The notes under the pieces were generated by a model. The model was given only the letters and a program-made list of their open reading frames with translations, was not told the origin of the DNA and ran no database searches. Below are positions 43,312-55,976 of a stretch of DNA of 64,000 bases, one piece after another. How positions within the stretch are numbered: the stretch's first letter is position 1; the number at the start of each line of letters is the position of its first letter. Position numbers and translations under genes: made by a program. Source of the stretch: the human T2T-CHM13v2.0 reference genome, Homo sapiens; assembly GCF_009914755.1 (NCBI RefSeq), contig NC_060926.1. One strand, given 5' to 3'.

Positions 43312-44214
43312 AATCACTTTTTGACTCACCCATGGATGATAAATGATCACTGGATGACTGGTTACACCCCTTTCTGACTTGTATCTTTGAGTGTTAGTAT
43401 ATTCACACTGAATTTGGAACTATTCTGTTTCTGAGGTGACTTTGCATATGTCTTCTCTAATTTATTATAGATTAATTTTATATTTTAACTCACCGAAGGT
43501 ACTCCTACTTGTCTTATTTCTAACATTTTTAAAACCTCACATATATAAACTGACAACAGAAAAATTACTGTTGCTCTTCTTAAGTGAAATAACTAAAACT
43601 ACTGCAACCATACAGGTATGAGTATTATGGAAAGTTGTTTCTGTTGATTATTGTTGCTCTAAAAAAGAGTCCGATGATAATGTTAACAGCTGCTATTTCA
43701 ACTTACCTAGTGAACAATAATATTTTTTTCATACCATTTACAGGTCCTTAAGGACTAACTGACAGGCATTGTGCAATGCATAAATGGTTCTTCTTGACAC
43801 TGTAAAAACTGACAATCAGAGAGCAAGTAGTTAAGCTTGTGAGTGAAGTAGTGGTACATAAATCTACAGATACACTTCAAAAGTACTTGAAAATCTGAAG
43901 ACTATTGAGAGATTCTGTGCCAAATAATTAAGGAAAATCTGATAATTTGAAATAGTTAAAAGGCAAATGTGAGAGCAGCGTTATCTTGACCAGAAAATTG
44001 GTTTAATATAGTCCAACAAAAAGAAGCATCTTGCATATAATATAGTCCTATGCACTCAAGGAATTTAAATAGCAGATAATACATGTGACATATTGGTATG
44101 ACTAAATAGTGGGTTGGGAGGGGGAAGTGAATGAATGGCTTGGAATGTTGTGAATTTAAGGCTTTCTATTCCAGGAACCTTGGGAGAATGTGCTATGTTT
44201 ATATTCCTGACTGA

Positions 44215-44218
<4 letters not shown>

Positions 44219-44271
<53 letters not shown>
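44219..44271. repeat. (TA)n microsatellite
   Basis: About 23 uninterrupted TA units (44219-44265). Confidence 0.95.
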
Positions 44272-44272
<1 letters not shown>

Positions 44273-44351
44273 ACTGAGTTATAACTGTAAACTGATCTCT
44301 CTGCTTGAGCAAGGTCTTTCAAAGGGATGCCTTATTAGAGAGAATGAGGGT

Positions 44352-44510
44352 TTTCTGGATAAGAATAAGTAAATCCAGTCATTTTACAGATGAAACTGAA
44401 ATTCAAAGAAACTGTCTAGCTTTCTAGAGTTTCTAGATAAGAATAAGGAAATCCAGTCATTTTACAGATGAGGTAACTGCAATTCACAGAAACTGTCCAG
44501 ATTTCTAAAG
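44352..44510. repeat. Two-copy tandem duplication (~80 bp) containing a MIR core motif
   Basis: GATAAGAATAAG.AAATCCAGTCATTTTACAGATGA..AGAAACTGTC.AG.TTTCTA.AG twice (44352-44429, 44430-44510). Confidence 0.9.
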
Positions 44511-45331
44511 TTTCCAAGCATGTAAGAGATTGATATAATCATATGCACTCGATAAACTAATTGACTGTAAATAGGATGAGAAGGTATAGCTTTAAAGAAA
44601 AATTCATATGAAATATTAAATAGTATGAAATGACAAGTTTCATTAGAAACTGCATTATGAAGTGATTTCCCAATAATTATATGAAGCATATACAACATAG
44701 AGGAATTTTAGATCTAGAATGTAGGTTTTAAGACTTTCTCTGAAAGCAGCATTGTCAAACTGATTGTGTCACATTTTATAGTTTCTAGCATGAGCTCTCA
44801 AACAAGGCTCTCACAAACTAGAATCTTTCTCCTCAAGGAGTTCATGGCCAAATAGACAAGCAGGCACTATTGGCAAAAGATATCACTTATAAGCCAAAAC
44901 CAAGTATTAGAAAGGAGAATAAATCAGCAGCTATGTATTAAAGTCAAAGGAAAACCAGGTAAAATTGTAGAAAGTGGCAAAAAGTAGACATATATCAGTA
45001 ATCTGCTTTTCTGTGTCTGTTAGCTCTTAAGTTAAAATCTGCTTGGATTCAGTTTTATTACATTGATTCATTTGTTTAAGTGTAGTTTTTTGGCCTCAAT
45101 CTCCCATCCTACATCCAGCTAATTTTTTGTTAATTTTGAATATTTACAGCCTCTAGATAATATCTCTTAGATATTAATTAGGCCAGTCTCTAATTAAAAG
45201 TGAATGAAACCTAAGTGGACAACCTAAGTTGATCTAATTTGAAATAAAACTGAGCGGATCATACATTTTGCTGACAAGAGAAATACCATTAAAAAAAAAG
45301 TCGTAGATTTTATGCAAAAAAGGACTTAAGA

Positions 45332-45634
<303 letters not shown>

Positions 45635-45732
45635 TTAAGATACATCATGTGGTTAAAACAATACAAAAACAAAAACAAAACATTTGACTATGACTAGAAA
45701 TCGGGTGACCTTGATTCAAGTCCTGGCAATAT

Positions 45733-45905
45733 CAGTGGTTCCAAAACTTAGTGAATCATCAGAATCATATTTCCATGTCCCACCAGCAGAAGTTCCCAAT
45801 TGAATAGCCTTACAGTGGGTCTGTAACTTGTCAGCCAACCGCTACCTTCCCCTCTAAACATACAACTCTGCAGGTGATTTTGATAATCAGATTAGGGGAT
45901 CATTA
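45733..45905 (+). mobile_element. MER5A-like hAT-Charlie relic
   Basis: CAGTGGTTCCAAAACTT..CATCAGAATCA..CAGGTGATTTTGAT. Confidence 0.45.
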
Positions 45906-46260
45906 AGTTAAATGATATTGTGCACTTAACTTTACGTGTAATGGTAAGAGATGATTTCTAAAGGGATTTTTGAACTGCATATTTTATGACTCAGATACAC
46001 TTCTTGCTTTGTCCAGGGGTTTCTTCTAGAAAATGCTTGACAAATCATCATTCACCTTCACTCAAAGAGAGCTCATTCTCTCTGGAGGCTAGTTGTTCCA
46101 TTGTTGAAAGCTTCTTTTTCTGAGCCAAAATGTTGCAACTTCCATTGATTTGTCTGGGTTCTACCCTTTGAAAAAATATATACCCTTGTCCAACTGATAG
46201 TGCTTCAAATGCTGAAAGACAGGGCTCCCACATGGAGGCAGTAAAGTCTGTCCTACCAGA

Positions 46261-47602
46261 ATGAACACCAGGACCCACAAAGCAGACCTGGGCCTTAGCC
46301 TCCCAGATAAAAAGAAGAAAATGGTCAAAGAACCAGAGACTCAATACTGAATTTTAAACAATGATGATTATTTTACTGATGTTTCTCCTGTAAGACTCGC
46401 ACTCCCTCTAAGAATGTGGTCCAAGGGTAGGTACCTGAGATGCCTCTAGTGAAGAAAGAAAAGAAGAAAAAAAAGGGCCTCATCCCCCTTTGCAAGGAAC
46501 CACCTAAAACCTGCGACCACACTGCATACCAGACAAACAGAGAAGTCACTCACCCTGGGAAGCAGTCCCTGGGTCACTCAGAGTTCCTCAGCAGGGAGAA
46601 GAAAAAGAAGAGGAAGTCACCTCTGTTCATATCTCATGACTCTGAGTTGAAAAGTTCCTCATGCCCCAGACATGGTGAAAAGGAGACCAGAGTTAGCAAG
46701 AATCTCGGAAAAGGAAAAAAAAAAAGGGGGGGCCCAGGACTCCACAGCCTTTTCAGTCTGGTTCTACAAGGCCACGGTTGCTGTGTAAACTTGCTGTGAG
46801 GGGAAGGAGGGCCAGAAGCAGGCAGCCTTAGGCAGAAATGGAAGCCAGGAACCCCAGGGAGCACAGCAGGAAGATGAAGAAAAAAATCCAGCAAGAGGGA
46901 GACACCCTCCTAGGCCACCCCAAGCCCTCCGGGTGAACGGAGAGCAGCCCTAGGAAAGAAAGTAAAAAGAAGCCAGTTAAAATGGAGGCTCCAGAATATA
47001 TCCCAGCAGGAGATGGCCTTCAAGCCCAGTGAAAAAGAAAATGAAGTTCAAGAAAGAGGTAGAGCCACTAATCACTGAGCAGCTGGCTCTGAAAAGGAAG
47101 AAAAAGAAGAAGAAAAGTGGGGTAGAAGGAGACCCTGGGAAGTAGTAACCATACACAGATTTGGAGGTGATGTTGGAAAAGAGGCTACATGGATGAGGCA
47201 CACATAGACCAGGTGAGGTGAGAGCCCTTGCAAGAAGACACCCATCATGAAGAGGACAATACAGACGCTTCCGAAACCAGGAAGTGGACAGGAACCCATT
47301 TTGGCCAGTGAGATACTGCTGGTTTTGAGAACAAGGAACAGAAACTGAAATTTCTCAGACTTACGAGTGGCTTCGAGAATCTGCCCTCTCTGTTCAGCTG
47401 CTCCATCAGCATGGTTTTGAGGCCCAAAATTGCCCTCAGCAAGAAAGCAACCAAAAGCCTGCAGCAGAGCCTGCAGCAGGACAGCAACCAAACCTTCCAC
47501 TGGAAATACAACTGAGGAATTGGCCTTGGTTTCTCCACTTCCCCAAACAGAATATTTTACATTGATAGGAAAGCTTCCAAATCAATCAAGTTGGAAGATT
47601 AA
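46261..47602 (+). pseudogene. KNOP1: Processed pseudogene of KNOP1 (lysine-rich nucleolar protein 1); symbol given is the parent gene
   Basis: Manual translation: MNTRTHKADLGL..KKKKMVKEPETQY*ILNNDDYFTDVSP from 46261 (KNOP1 MITKTHKVDLGL..VKEPETRYSVLNNDDYFADVSP); MPLVKK; DLEVMLEK; SMAP-domain GTHFGQ*DTAGFENKEQKLKFLRL; ends ASKSIKLED* at 47602. No introns; stops and frameshifts. Confidence 0.95.
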
Positions 47603-47849
47603 ACTCTAGTGTTTTGTTCCCTAAAACAGCCAGAATTGCTTTATTATTCATTTGTGGAGACGAAAGCCACCTGGCAGTTGTGTCACATCAAACTCCTTTG
47701 GAGATTAAAGACAAGGACAGCTATCTTGATGGGCTCAAAAGAACTAGGGCAGGGGTAGCTCATGTTTCAGGAGCCAAGAGAACACGTGAGTGGCTAAAAT
47801 CTATTTTTTGTATTAAGCATTACATTCCTGTTTGAGACAACAGTATGTA

Positions 47850-48020
47850 TAAATAACATTTGTTGAGTGTGTAGCATGTGCTAGGCACATACTAAAGTGT
47901 TTTCCTTGCACTAATACATTTAATCTTCATAGTTATGACATGGGTGCTATTATTATCCCCATCTTACAGATAAGGTAACTGAGGTTCAGGGATAAAGTAA
48001 TAAAATCTCCCAGGGTCACC
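47850..48020 (-). mobile_element. MIR
   Basis: CATTTAATCTTCA..TATTATTATCCCCATCTTACAGATAAGGTAACTGAGGTTCAG..CCCAGGGTCAC. Confidence 0.75.
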
Positions 48021-49829
48021 CCCTCAAAAAATGCTTAAAGATAGACCTTACATCTTTCCTACATAATTTTGTCTCCAGATTTAAAAAGATGTAAAGATTA
48101 TGGCCAGAAAAAGAATACATTTTCTTCTGGATAAGCAACTTAAAGTGGGACAAGTTCACAGAATCAAGATGTTGTTTCACTAGAAAAGAAGAAAAATCAG
48201 TGAAGTAATTTGGCAGTCTTGTATCAATACAAGCATTTGAAGGAAATCTTGCTGAGGAGAAGGTTGAAGAAAATTGTTGGAGTGTTGCAGTCTACCAACA
48301 GATGGGGTGTGGTAAATTCCTAGTGAAGAATAGAAGATTGACAAAAATATAATGAGGGTTGCACACATTTTAGTGATTTTAAAAATTAAACTGTGTGGGC
48401 TGTAGCATATTTTTAAAAAATCATGTTAGTGTTTTGAATATCCTGTTTCTATTAAGAAAAAGTAATCAAATTAAGTCAATATCCAGATTGTTCTTATATA
48501 CAGTCAATTGAATGTACTTATATTCATATACAATGTTAAAAAATTCATTTACATAAACAATAATAAGAAGGTCTAAAAAAGGATAAAGAAGTTGTGGTAG
48601 AATTCTCTTTAACTATAAGCTCTTGATCACAGTAAAAATAAATTATACACTAAATCCAAGAATGATATAAGCAGTAGATGCCCTCTAATATTTAAAAGGT
48701 GGCAAATAAAAGTAAATTCAATTTACCTTTTAGGGAAAGGATTATTAAACTTATTTCAAGTGGTGCTGTTATTTGTTACCCACATATGTATGTATAATCA
48801 AGGCTGCTAATACCTACAGCCTTATCACTTCTTTGTATTTCATAATACAATTTTTATTTTTATTTATCGAGTTTTCTGTTATTTTACACAAACTTGCTAC
48901 TATCTTCACCACTTTTTCCAAACTATTATTACACACTTTACAAAACTGACAGGTGAAAAGTAAATCTTTTTTTCCCAAATACGTTGTAGATATTTTTGTC
49001 CCTTTACCTTATTGATCATATTTTCTTCTTGAAATTTTTACTTTTAAGATCAAAGGCTTTAAAATGCCCTGTTTTTCATTCTGTCTCTGTCTTTCCTTCT
49101 GGAGATTTCTTCTTTCATTTCTCCTTCTACAAAAAGCAAACCTATTCTTGTTTCTCTCTCATTTTTTAAAATACAAGATCAACAATAATCAGTGTTTAGT
49201 ATAAATCTCTACTTCTGAACTCTCAGCCAGCTTCTAATCCCTTATCTCCAACTTTCTCCTCAACATTATCACTTAGATGTCAGACTATTATCGTATAGAA
49301 TCGAAGGGTGCGAGAATTCCAGCTGACCTGGAGATCATCTACTCAAATCTCAAGTTCCAGATAAGAATATGGCAGGAAAGAATGAACATGCAGAAAGGAT
49401 AAACTTCTGTATTAATCTTTGTGCTACCCTTACTGTCTGAATGACTTTGACTGTACTCCCCAGTCCCCAAATATGTATCACAATCACCTCTTGTGCCATC
49501 TTGCCTTCTCTATATTTTTAATTGGTTGATAATTATAGAGCAAATTCGTAAATTATAGACAATAGTCTATTAAGGGAAGCTAGCATTTGAGGCGGGACAT
49601 GACTAATACTACAATTTTAGACCAAATATATTCGGTAACATCTTACATTGACTCACACAAAACTGTCTGTTGGACTGAGTAGAAGGCATTTTTGAAGTTT
49701 TTGAGAAGCTATAATTTGCTTTGAATTGATTGGCTCAGTTCTTGTTTGTTGATGCATTTGATGTCTCAACTATTACTCAAAACTTGGAATCTGTTCTAAT
49801 AACTTTATTAAGAAAATGCCCTGATCAAC

Positions 49830-50900
49830 TTTGGATGTCAGGAATGGCAGCGTGAGGAGTTCTGCAGAGCCAATCCCAATGCAATGCTGTTGATGACTGG
49901 CAAAAATTATTTAAACAGATGACCATTTAAAGTCTCTGAAAGTAGACCTAAGAAAAAAACAGAAAATTAATAAATACTTACTTTAGAAAATCTTCTAAAT
50001 ATTGGTAAGAACAATGAAAGTCAAGGAACTTGGTCACAACCTGCTCCCTCTGTTTCATGTTCCTATCCTCATCTCCATGTGATGATTGAGAGAAGCTTCA
50101 GTTTGGGAAGTGTGACTAAGAAAACAGGGTTCCCTGTCCCATCAGTTCCTAGTCAAAAGATACAGTATTTCAAGACAAGGGACAGGTTACCAGAATTTCT
50201 CTACTCCACCCTCCAAGTTGCAAAGACTAAATTCCGTTTTTTGTTTTGTATTTTTTTTTTTTTTAGACTTGCTCTTTTTTGAGTCTTGCTCTGTAGCCCA
50301 GGCTGGAGTGTAGTGGCACGATCTCAGCTCACTGCAAGTTCTGCCTCCTGGATTCATGCCATTCTGCCTCAGCCTCCCGAGTAGCTGGGACTACAGGCAC
50401 CCGCCACCACGCCTGGCTAATTTTTTTGCATTTTTAGTAGAGACGGGGTTTCACCATGTTAGCCAGGATGGTCTTGATCTTCTGACCTCGTGACCCACCC
50501 GCCTCGGCCTCCCAAAGTGCTGGGATTACAGACGTAAGCCACCGCGCCCAGCCACTAACTTCCTAATCAGTGTGACTGAGAGTTTATGGGCTCTCTTGCT
50601 CAAACCATTCCCCATAGGACAGAGGATCTACCCTAGACATGGCAGGCTGAGAATTTTGTTGCCTGAGGTGCTTTTGCTCCTGCTTGCTCAGAGGGCAAAA
50701 CCTCAATATAAGGAGAGTAAGCTGAGAAAACCAGAGACTATGACACTTACCCAGTGCTCTCCATGTGGGGAGGTATCACTGTAGGAGATTTTACTCAAGA
50801 GGATAGGCAGACAATAAGAGCAGAGAGCTCCACAGCCCTTCCTAAAGGAACTGAGAATGGAATGTTATTTGACTGTGGTAGAGATGGGCCTTTCATCTCT
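49830..50900 (+). mobile_element. Old L1M 5'-UTR-like segment, interrupted by AluY
   Basis: CAGGAATGGCAG..CCATTTAAAGTCTCTGAAA..AAATCTTCTAAATATTGGTAAGAACA pattern of L1M 5' ends. Confidence 0.45.
50236..50553 (-). mobile_element. AluY
   Basis: GCAAGTTCTGCC, TTCATGCCATTC, TGTTAGCCAGGATGGTC; TSD ACTAAATTCC (50226-50235) / ACTAACTTCC (50554-50563). Confidence 0.93.
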
Positions 50901-52220
50901 GAGTGGGTTCTAGAAGGGGTTCTGCATCCAATTATTGTCACGTGTCTATCAAATGTCAGAGCTCTAGACCTTGCTAGCCAGTTCTGGCAACAACAACAAA
51001 AGTCTTACCCCACCTTCTATTGCAGAGGAATTCCATGAATCACAGAAGTAATTTGGTCACAGTATATCAGGCTCATTTTATACTGCCTGTATCTAAACCC
51101 CATCCTGAACCTTTATATCACCAATTCACACTAACACACTAGATAGAGCCTTGGTCTCAATTTTAACTCATTACAAAATGCAAGTCCTTTCCAACCCAAG
51201 TTACTTCTTGTATTATTGAATTGTGTCAAAACCAAAGTGTAAAATTATAGTGTTTCTTTCTTCTACAAAAGGTTTTTACGAGTAGCAGATCTGCCTCTTT
51301 AGATAAAAAAGAAAGTAAATTTAATAATTAATGTGAGGGTATGTATAGTAAAGCTGTCCATTGCCTCTATTCCAACCTTTATTGGTTCCTTCTTTCAAGT
51401 GAAATAATTTTTTCCATGAACACTTTCTCTCACTGAGAAATCCTAACCAACAATCTGCTACATATTTCCTCTTAATTTTTTTGACTCATTTATAATACCA
51501 CGTTTCTTTAATGAAAATCATAGTCTTTAGATTCAGCAGTAATTCTCTCACAAAAGTATTTTGAAAGAATTTAAGAGCCATGTAGTTTAAGAAAATACAT
51601 TTAAAAATTCAAGAATATTTTTGAAGTGTTTTACAGTAATATCTAATTATCTTTCTATATATATGGATTTATTTATTTATTTGATTTGGGAAGTAGAAGT
51701 TGGTATTTCCAGACAAAAACAAAGCTTACAAGTTTTTTTCTCTTTCTTCAGATGAGAAAATTCTTGTCATAAGTATGACAAGAAAATTCTTGTCATAACC
51801 AAGTGTTCAATTTAATTTATAGAAAGCATGTAGGCAAATACCCGGGAATTGAAAACATGTAAAGTAACATCAATTATGTTAATTATTTTAACTACTTTAG
51901 AAGAACTTTTTAAAAGTATTCCAGAAGGCTTTATTCTGCATTTACCTTATACTCTACTGTCCTTATTTTATTCTATTTCCATTGAGTTTTATCATTTCTT
52001 CTAGCTACAATTCACATTTTAAAAATTTCCACCAGTGACATCATGAAAGCTTTTGCCTAAATTGAGAAATTAATTGGTATAGCAAAGGAAACTGCTTTTT
52101 CCCTTTTTTCAAACTTAAATCCAGATGTAAATCCTATATTTTACTTTATATAGTAACTACGCAGTAATTTTTTTAGTCATTAATAAGATGATATAATGGG
52201 TTATCTATCCATTTTCCCAT

Positions 52221-52543
52221 GTAAACTTTAGTTTTATATATATATATAAATATAGTTATGTATAACTTTATATATTTTATAAACTTACATATATTTTATA
52301 AATATAATTAGTTACATATGTAAGACTGAAGTTTATATATAACCATATATAACTTTATATATAACTTTATATGAAGTATATACAAACTTTAGTTATATCT
52401 ATAACTAGTTATATATAAAATATATAATAGAATATATAAAATATATATATTCTATAATATATAAAATATATATATTCTATAATATATATAAAATATATAA
52501 TAGAATATATAAAATATATATTATATATAAAACTAAAGTTTAC
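52221..52543. repeat. AT-rich low-complexity block bounded by perfect 22-bp inverted repeats
   Basis: GTAAACTTTAGTTTTATATATA (52221-52242) and its exact reverse complement TATATATAAAACTAAAGTTTAC (52522-52543). Confidence 0.9.
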
Positions 52544-55044
52544 CTCAGGATATAGATTAATAAAACATATCTGATTATTAATAATTACTAAATAATGGCT
52601 AAATAAATACACATTTGCTTCTAGAACGGCTGCAAAACCTGATCATTAAGGCAATCCTTATTAGTCCATAGTATTTATCATATAAGCTACATACTTAGCA
52701 GTTCATCATATTTATTATATAAGCTACATGTTACCTGATGAGAATAGCAAATAATAAAGAATAGGACGTGAAACTGTGTAGATTCGTCCATTCTCCAGTG
52801 AATTTTTTTATCATAGGTTGGCTTCCCTGGGAAGCAAGTTCTGATACAGAGTGTTGGGGGAGGAAATTTATCATTAGCCCTGAGTGATCCTGTAAGTTCT
52901 TGTTACATGTGCCAAGAGTGTAGAGCCCCAACTACTCTTTATAGAAGCCATTTCTCAGAATTATATATACAGTGAGTAATCTTGAGGCATGGCAAAACAT
53001 TTCCCTCCATGACACAGGGCAGGCTTTCTCACTTCCTGTTATATTTCCGAAGTTTATTGTTCCTCCTTTGTAAGGTAGTATACATATGTGCAGACATCTC
53101 TTTGGGCCCTTCATTTTGCCACTGTTAGACTTTAGAGGAATGGGTAGAACTGATAATTTTATTCTCATGCTTCTGACTGTACCATGATTGATAACACCAT
53201 CTGCCTCTGAACCAGAAGTCTTGTGTCTTTTTCCAGCATTTATAGTAAGACTAACTTGTTAGCTTATAAGTAGGGTACAATTATGTTTCAAACCCTGATA
53301 AAGAGATTTATACATAGAATGGTGATCAGAGAGTATTTTTTACAGGAGAGCTATTAAAGAAAAATTGGCCAGAAGGAGGAGTTGGGATTCAGTCACACCA
53401 AAGATCTCAATCAATGCTACAAAGAACTTGGGAACTGAGATGACCCTGGAGAGATATTGAGACAAGATGTCCTGGCCTTTCTATTCTCACATCAAGCGGC
53501 CTTTACATATGGCCTGCCCCCAAGTAGGAGGCACAATCCTGGGCAATATGGCTTTCTTTATCTGAAGGCAAGAAAAGTAATGAAAATCGGGCAGTGTACC
53601 TCAACATCCACTATAGCAGCAAATCAGAAAGATCAAATGAATAGCCTCTGTTAAAACAATGAATTCCCTTGGAAACATATAATATTTCTCTATCATGCAA
53701 TGGCATTTGTGAGTTTTAAAAATACTTTTCTGAGTTACAACACTTTAAAAAATTCTAGATTGCATGTGTGAATTTACTCAAAATAGTTGCTTTGGCAAGT
53801 TTTCTGACTCCTACTTTGAAAAAACTCCACTTTGAAAGAAAAACATAATTGTGCCAGTGTATCAATTATCAACTAATCTACCAATAATTTCTTTCTGAAT
53901 TAAATCTTGCCTACTTTATCATTCACCTGAACACTTTGGTAATTTATTATATAATATCTGGACAACTGAAGTATGCTATCCAAGCACATGAATTACAGTT
54001 CCAGAAAACCTAGATTAGAATTCTCACCTAAACTCTTAGTTTTGTTCTATTTTGGGCACATTGCTTTAGTTTGTCTTTGCTACAAATTTCTATTCAGTAC
54101 AGTGTGGATAATAACTATTTAGACCGAAGGGTTGTTGTCAACATTTGAGATATTCCTCTTGGCTGTGTGATGTGAAAGGATTAAGCCCTCAATAAATCTT
54201 AATCATCATTATTATGCCTTATCTTAGGTTATGCCTGGACTCAAAAGCTTTCCCTTCTTCTTCTAAGGAACACTTATGCAGTTAAATCCTTGGACTTACT
54301 TCGTCACCTGAATCTGCCTACTGGGCTTTAATGGTATGGGCAATGTCTTATTTAACAATGCTTATTAAAGTGCCTGACACACAAAATGAACGTAACTACT
54401 TGTTGAAAGAATGAATGAATGAAATAATAAATTTTTCCCTTTGCTAGGTTTGATGCAGAAACATAAGTTTATACTTAGACATCTTGATAGCAAATGAAGA
54501 TAAAAAAAGGCTGTCAGTAAACATGGCTTAAGAAACAAATGTATCTGAGTACAGTGCTGATAAATGTCTGTAAATGTTTGTTCAACAGAAGATTCCTAAT
54601 ATCACACATATGGTGTTCTTACCGCTTGATGCACTTGAGAGCAAATTTCCCTACCCTTTCTTAAAATAGTGATAGGTTTAACAGCTGGCAGGGACTAAAA
54701 GAGTAAGACAATTTTTGTTTATTATTCAAGGTGATCAGTACATTGATATATGAATTCACATATGGTAGCACTTAAGGAAGGACACTTGGTTTCTTTCGAA
54801 AAACATCATGGAAGAGGTGGCGCCTAAGCTAGAACTTGAAGAGTAAGCAAAACTGATTGAGATAAGACACGTATAGAAGATAAGGTTTTAGGGAAAGTGT
54901 TCCAGGTAGTCATATAAGTAATATGTGCAAAGTAGGGTATGTGAGTGAGAGAACTTACTTGGAACTCTAAGTACTAAAGCTCATTATGGTGAAAAATGAG
55001 TAAAGGGAAAGGGAGAAGAGAAGTGAGAGAGAAGATGGGGGGAG

Positions 55045-55580
55045 GTCTTTATTTGATTTTCTCTAAAGCAGAGCCTGAGCCAGGGACTTGGACACAGACA
55101 CTTTCTTTGGAGGTGTTCCCAGGAAGCAAAGGTGAAAGGACAGGAAGGGTAACAGGCAAGAAGGAAAAGGTAATGTATGACTAAATTATCAAGGTTACTC
55201 CTTTTTACGGTGGGGTCCATTTAACCAGCCCCCTTGAGAACAGTAAATAACACCACCCAGAATTATCTTCCTGCAGGAAAGGAAGCTACTGCATTTACCT
55301 GTATGCATTCAACCTCTATCAACTGAAGTTGTCCTGAGGTATTAACTCCCTCATATTTCCAGGGTGCACCTAGAAGACTTGCCAGCCTGGCAACAACTTC
55401 TACTGTAGGAAGAGAGGCACTAGGCTGGAAAGCAAGTGAAAGACTTGCTGTGTCCACTTGATATTGGATGCTGCTATCATGAGATGAATTGGTGTTTACA
55501 TAAACTGTCCTTAGCTGCAGCTGAGATCACAGATGGGCTAAGGGGATATGATATGGGGCACAAAGGTGTCTGCTCCAGAT
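55045..55580 (-). mobile_element. Old ERVL LTR (LTR16/33/40-41 group)
   Basis: AAAGCAGAGCCTGAGCCAGGGACTTGG..TTTGGAGGTGTTCCCAGGAAGCA terminal motif. Confidence 0.45.
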
Positions 55581-55976
55581 CAATAAGCAGAGGCCAGGCC
55601 ATGATAAGCCTTGTTAGGGAGCTTGCAATTCACCTGTTTACCTTATGAACTGAACCATTTAGAGTAAGAGAGCAATGTGACCAGATGTAGATTTTTCTGA
55701 GTATCATAAAACATCATCATGCCCTTGACATAAGTACATATGATAGTTAAGAATACCAAGTTCCAGTTCATGTTAATTTTTAAAAGATCACATGATATGA
55801 TACCTAAGACCTGCTAATCTGGAGGAAAAAATGTTATTTTTAAAATTTTTTTTTTCTTGTCCATTTTTATACCAGCCGGTTAAAAACTCCTCCAAATAGG
55901 AAATTAAATATTAGTTATTAACGTGGAATAGTTCTAACAAATATTTTGCTATTAAAAAGTGATACATTCCCTCAAC

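Noticed and set aside
47072-47538. Minus-strand ORFs of 142 and 97 aa
   Set aside because: Antisense shadows of the KNOP1 retrocopy.
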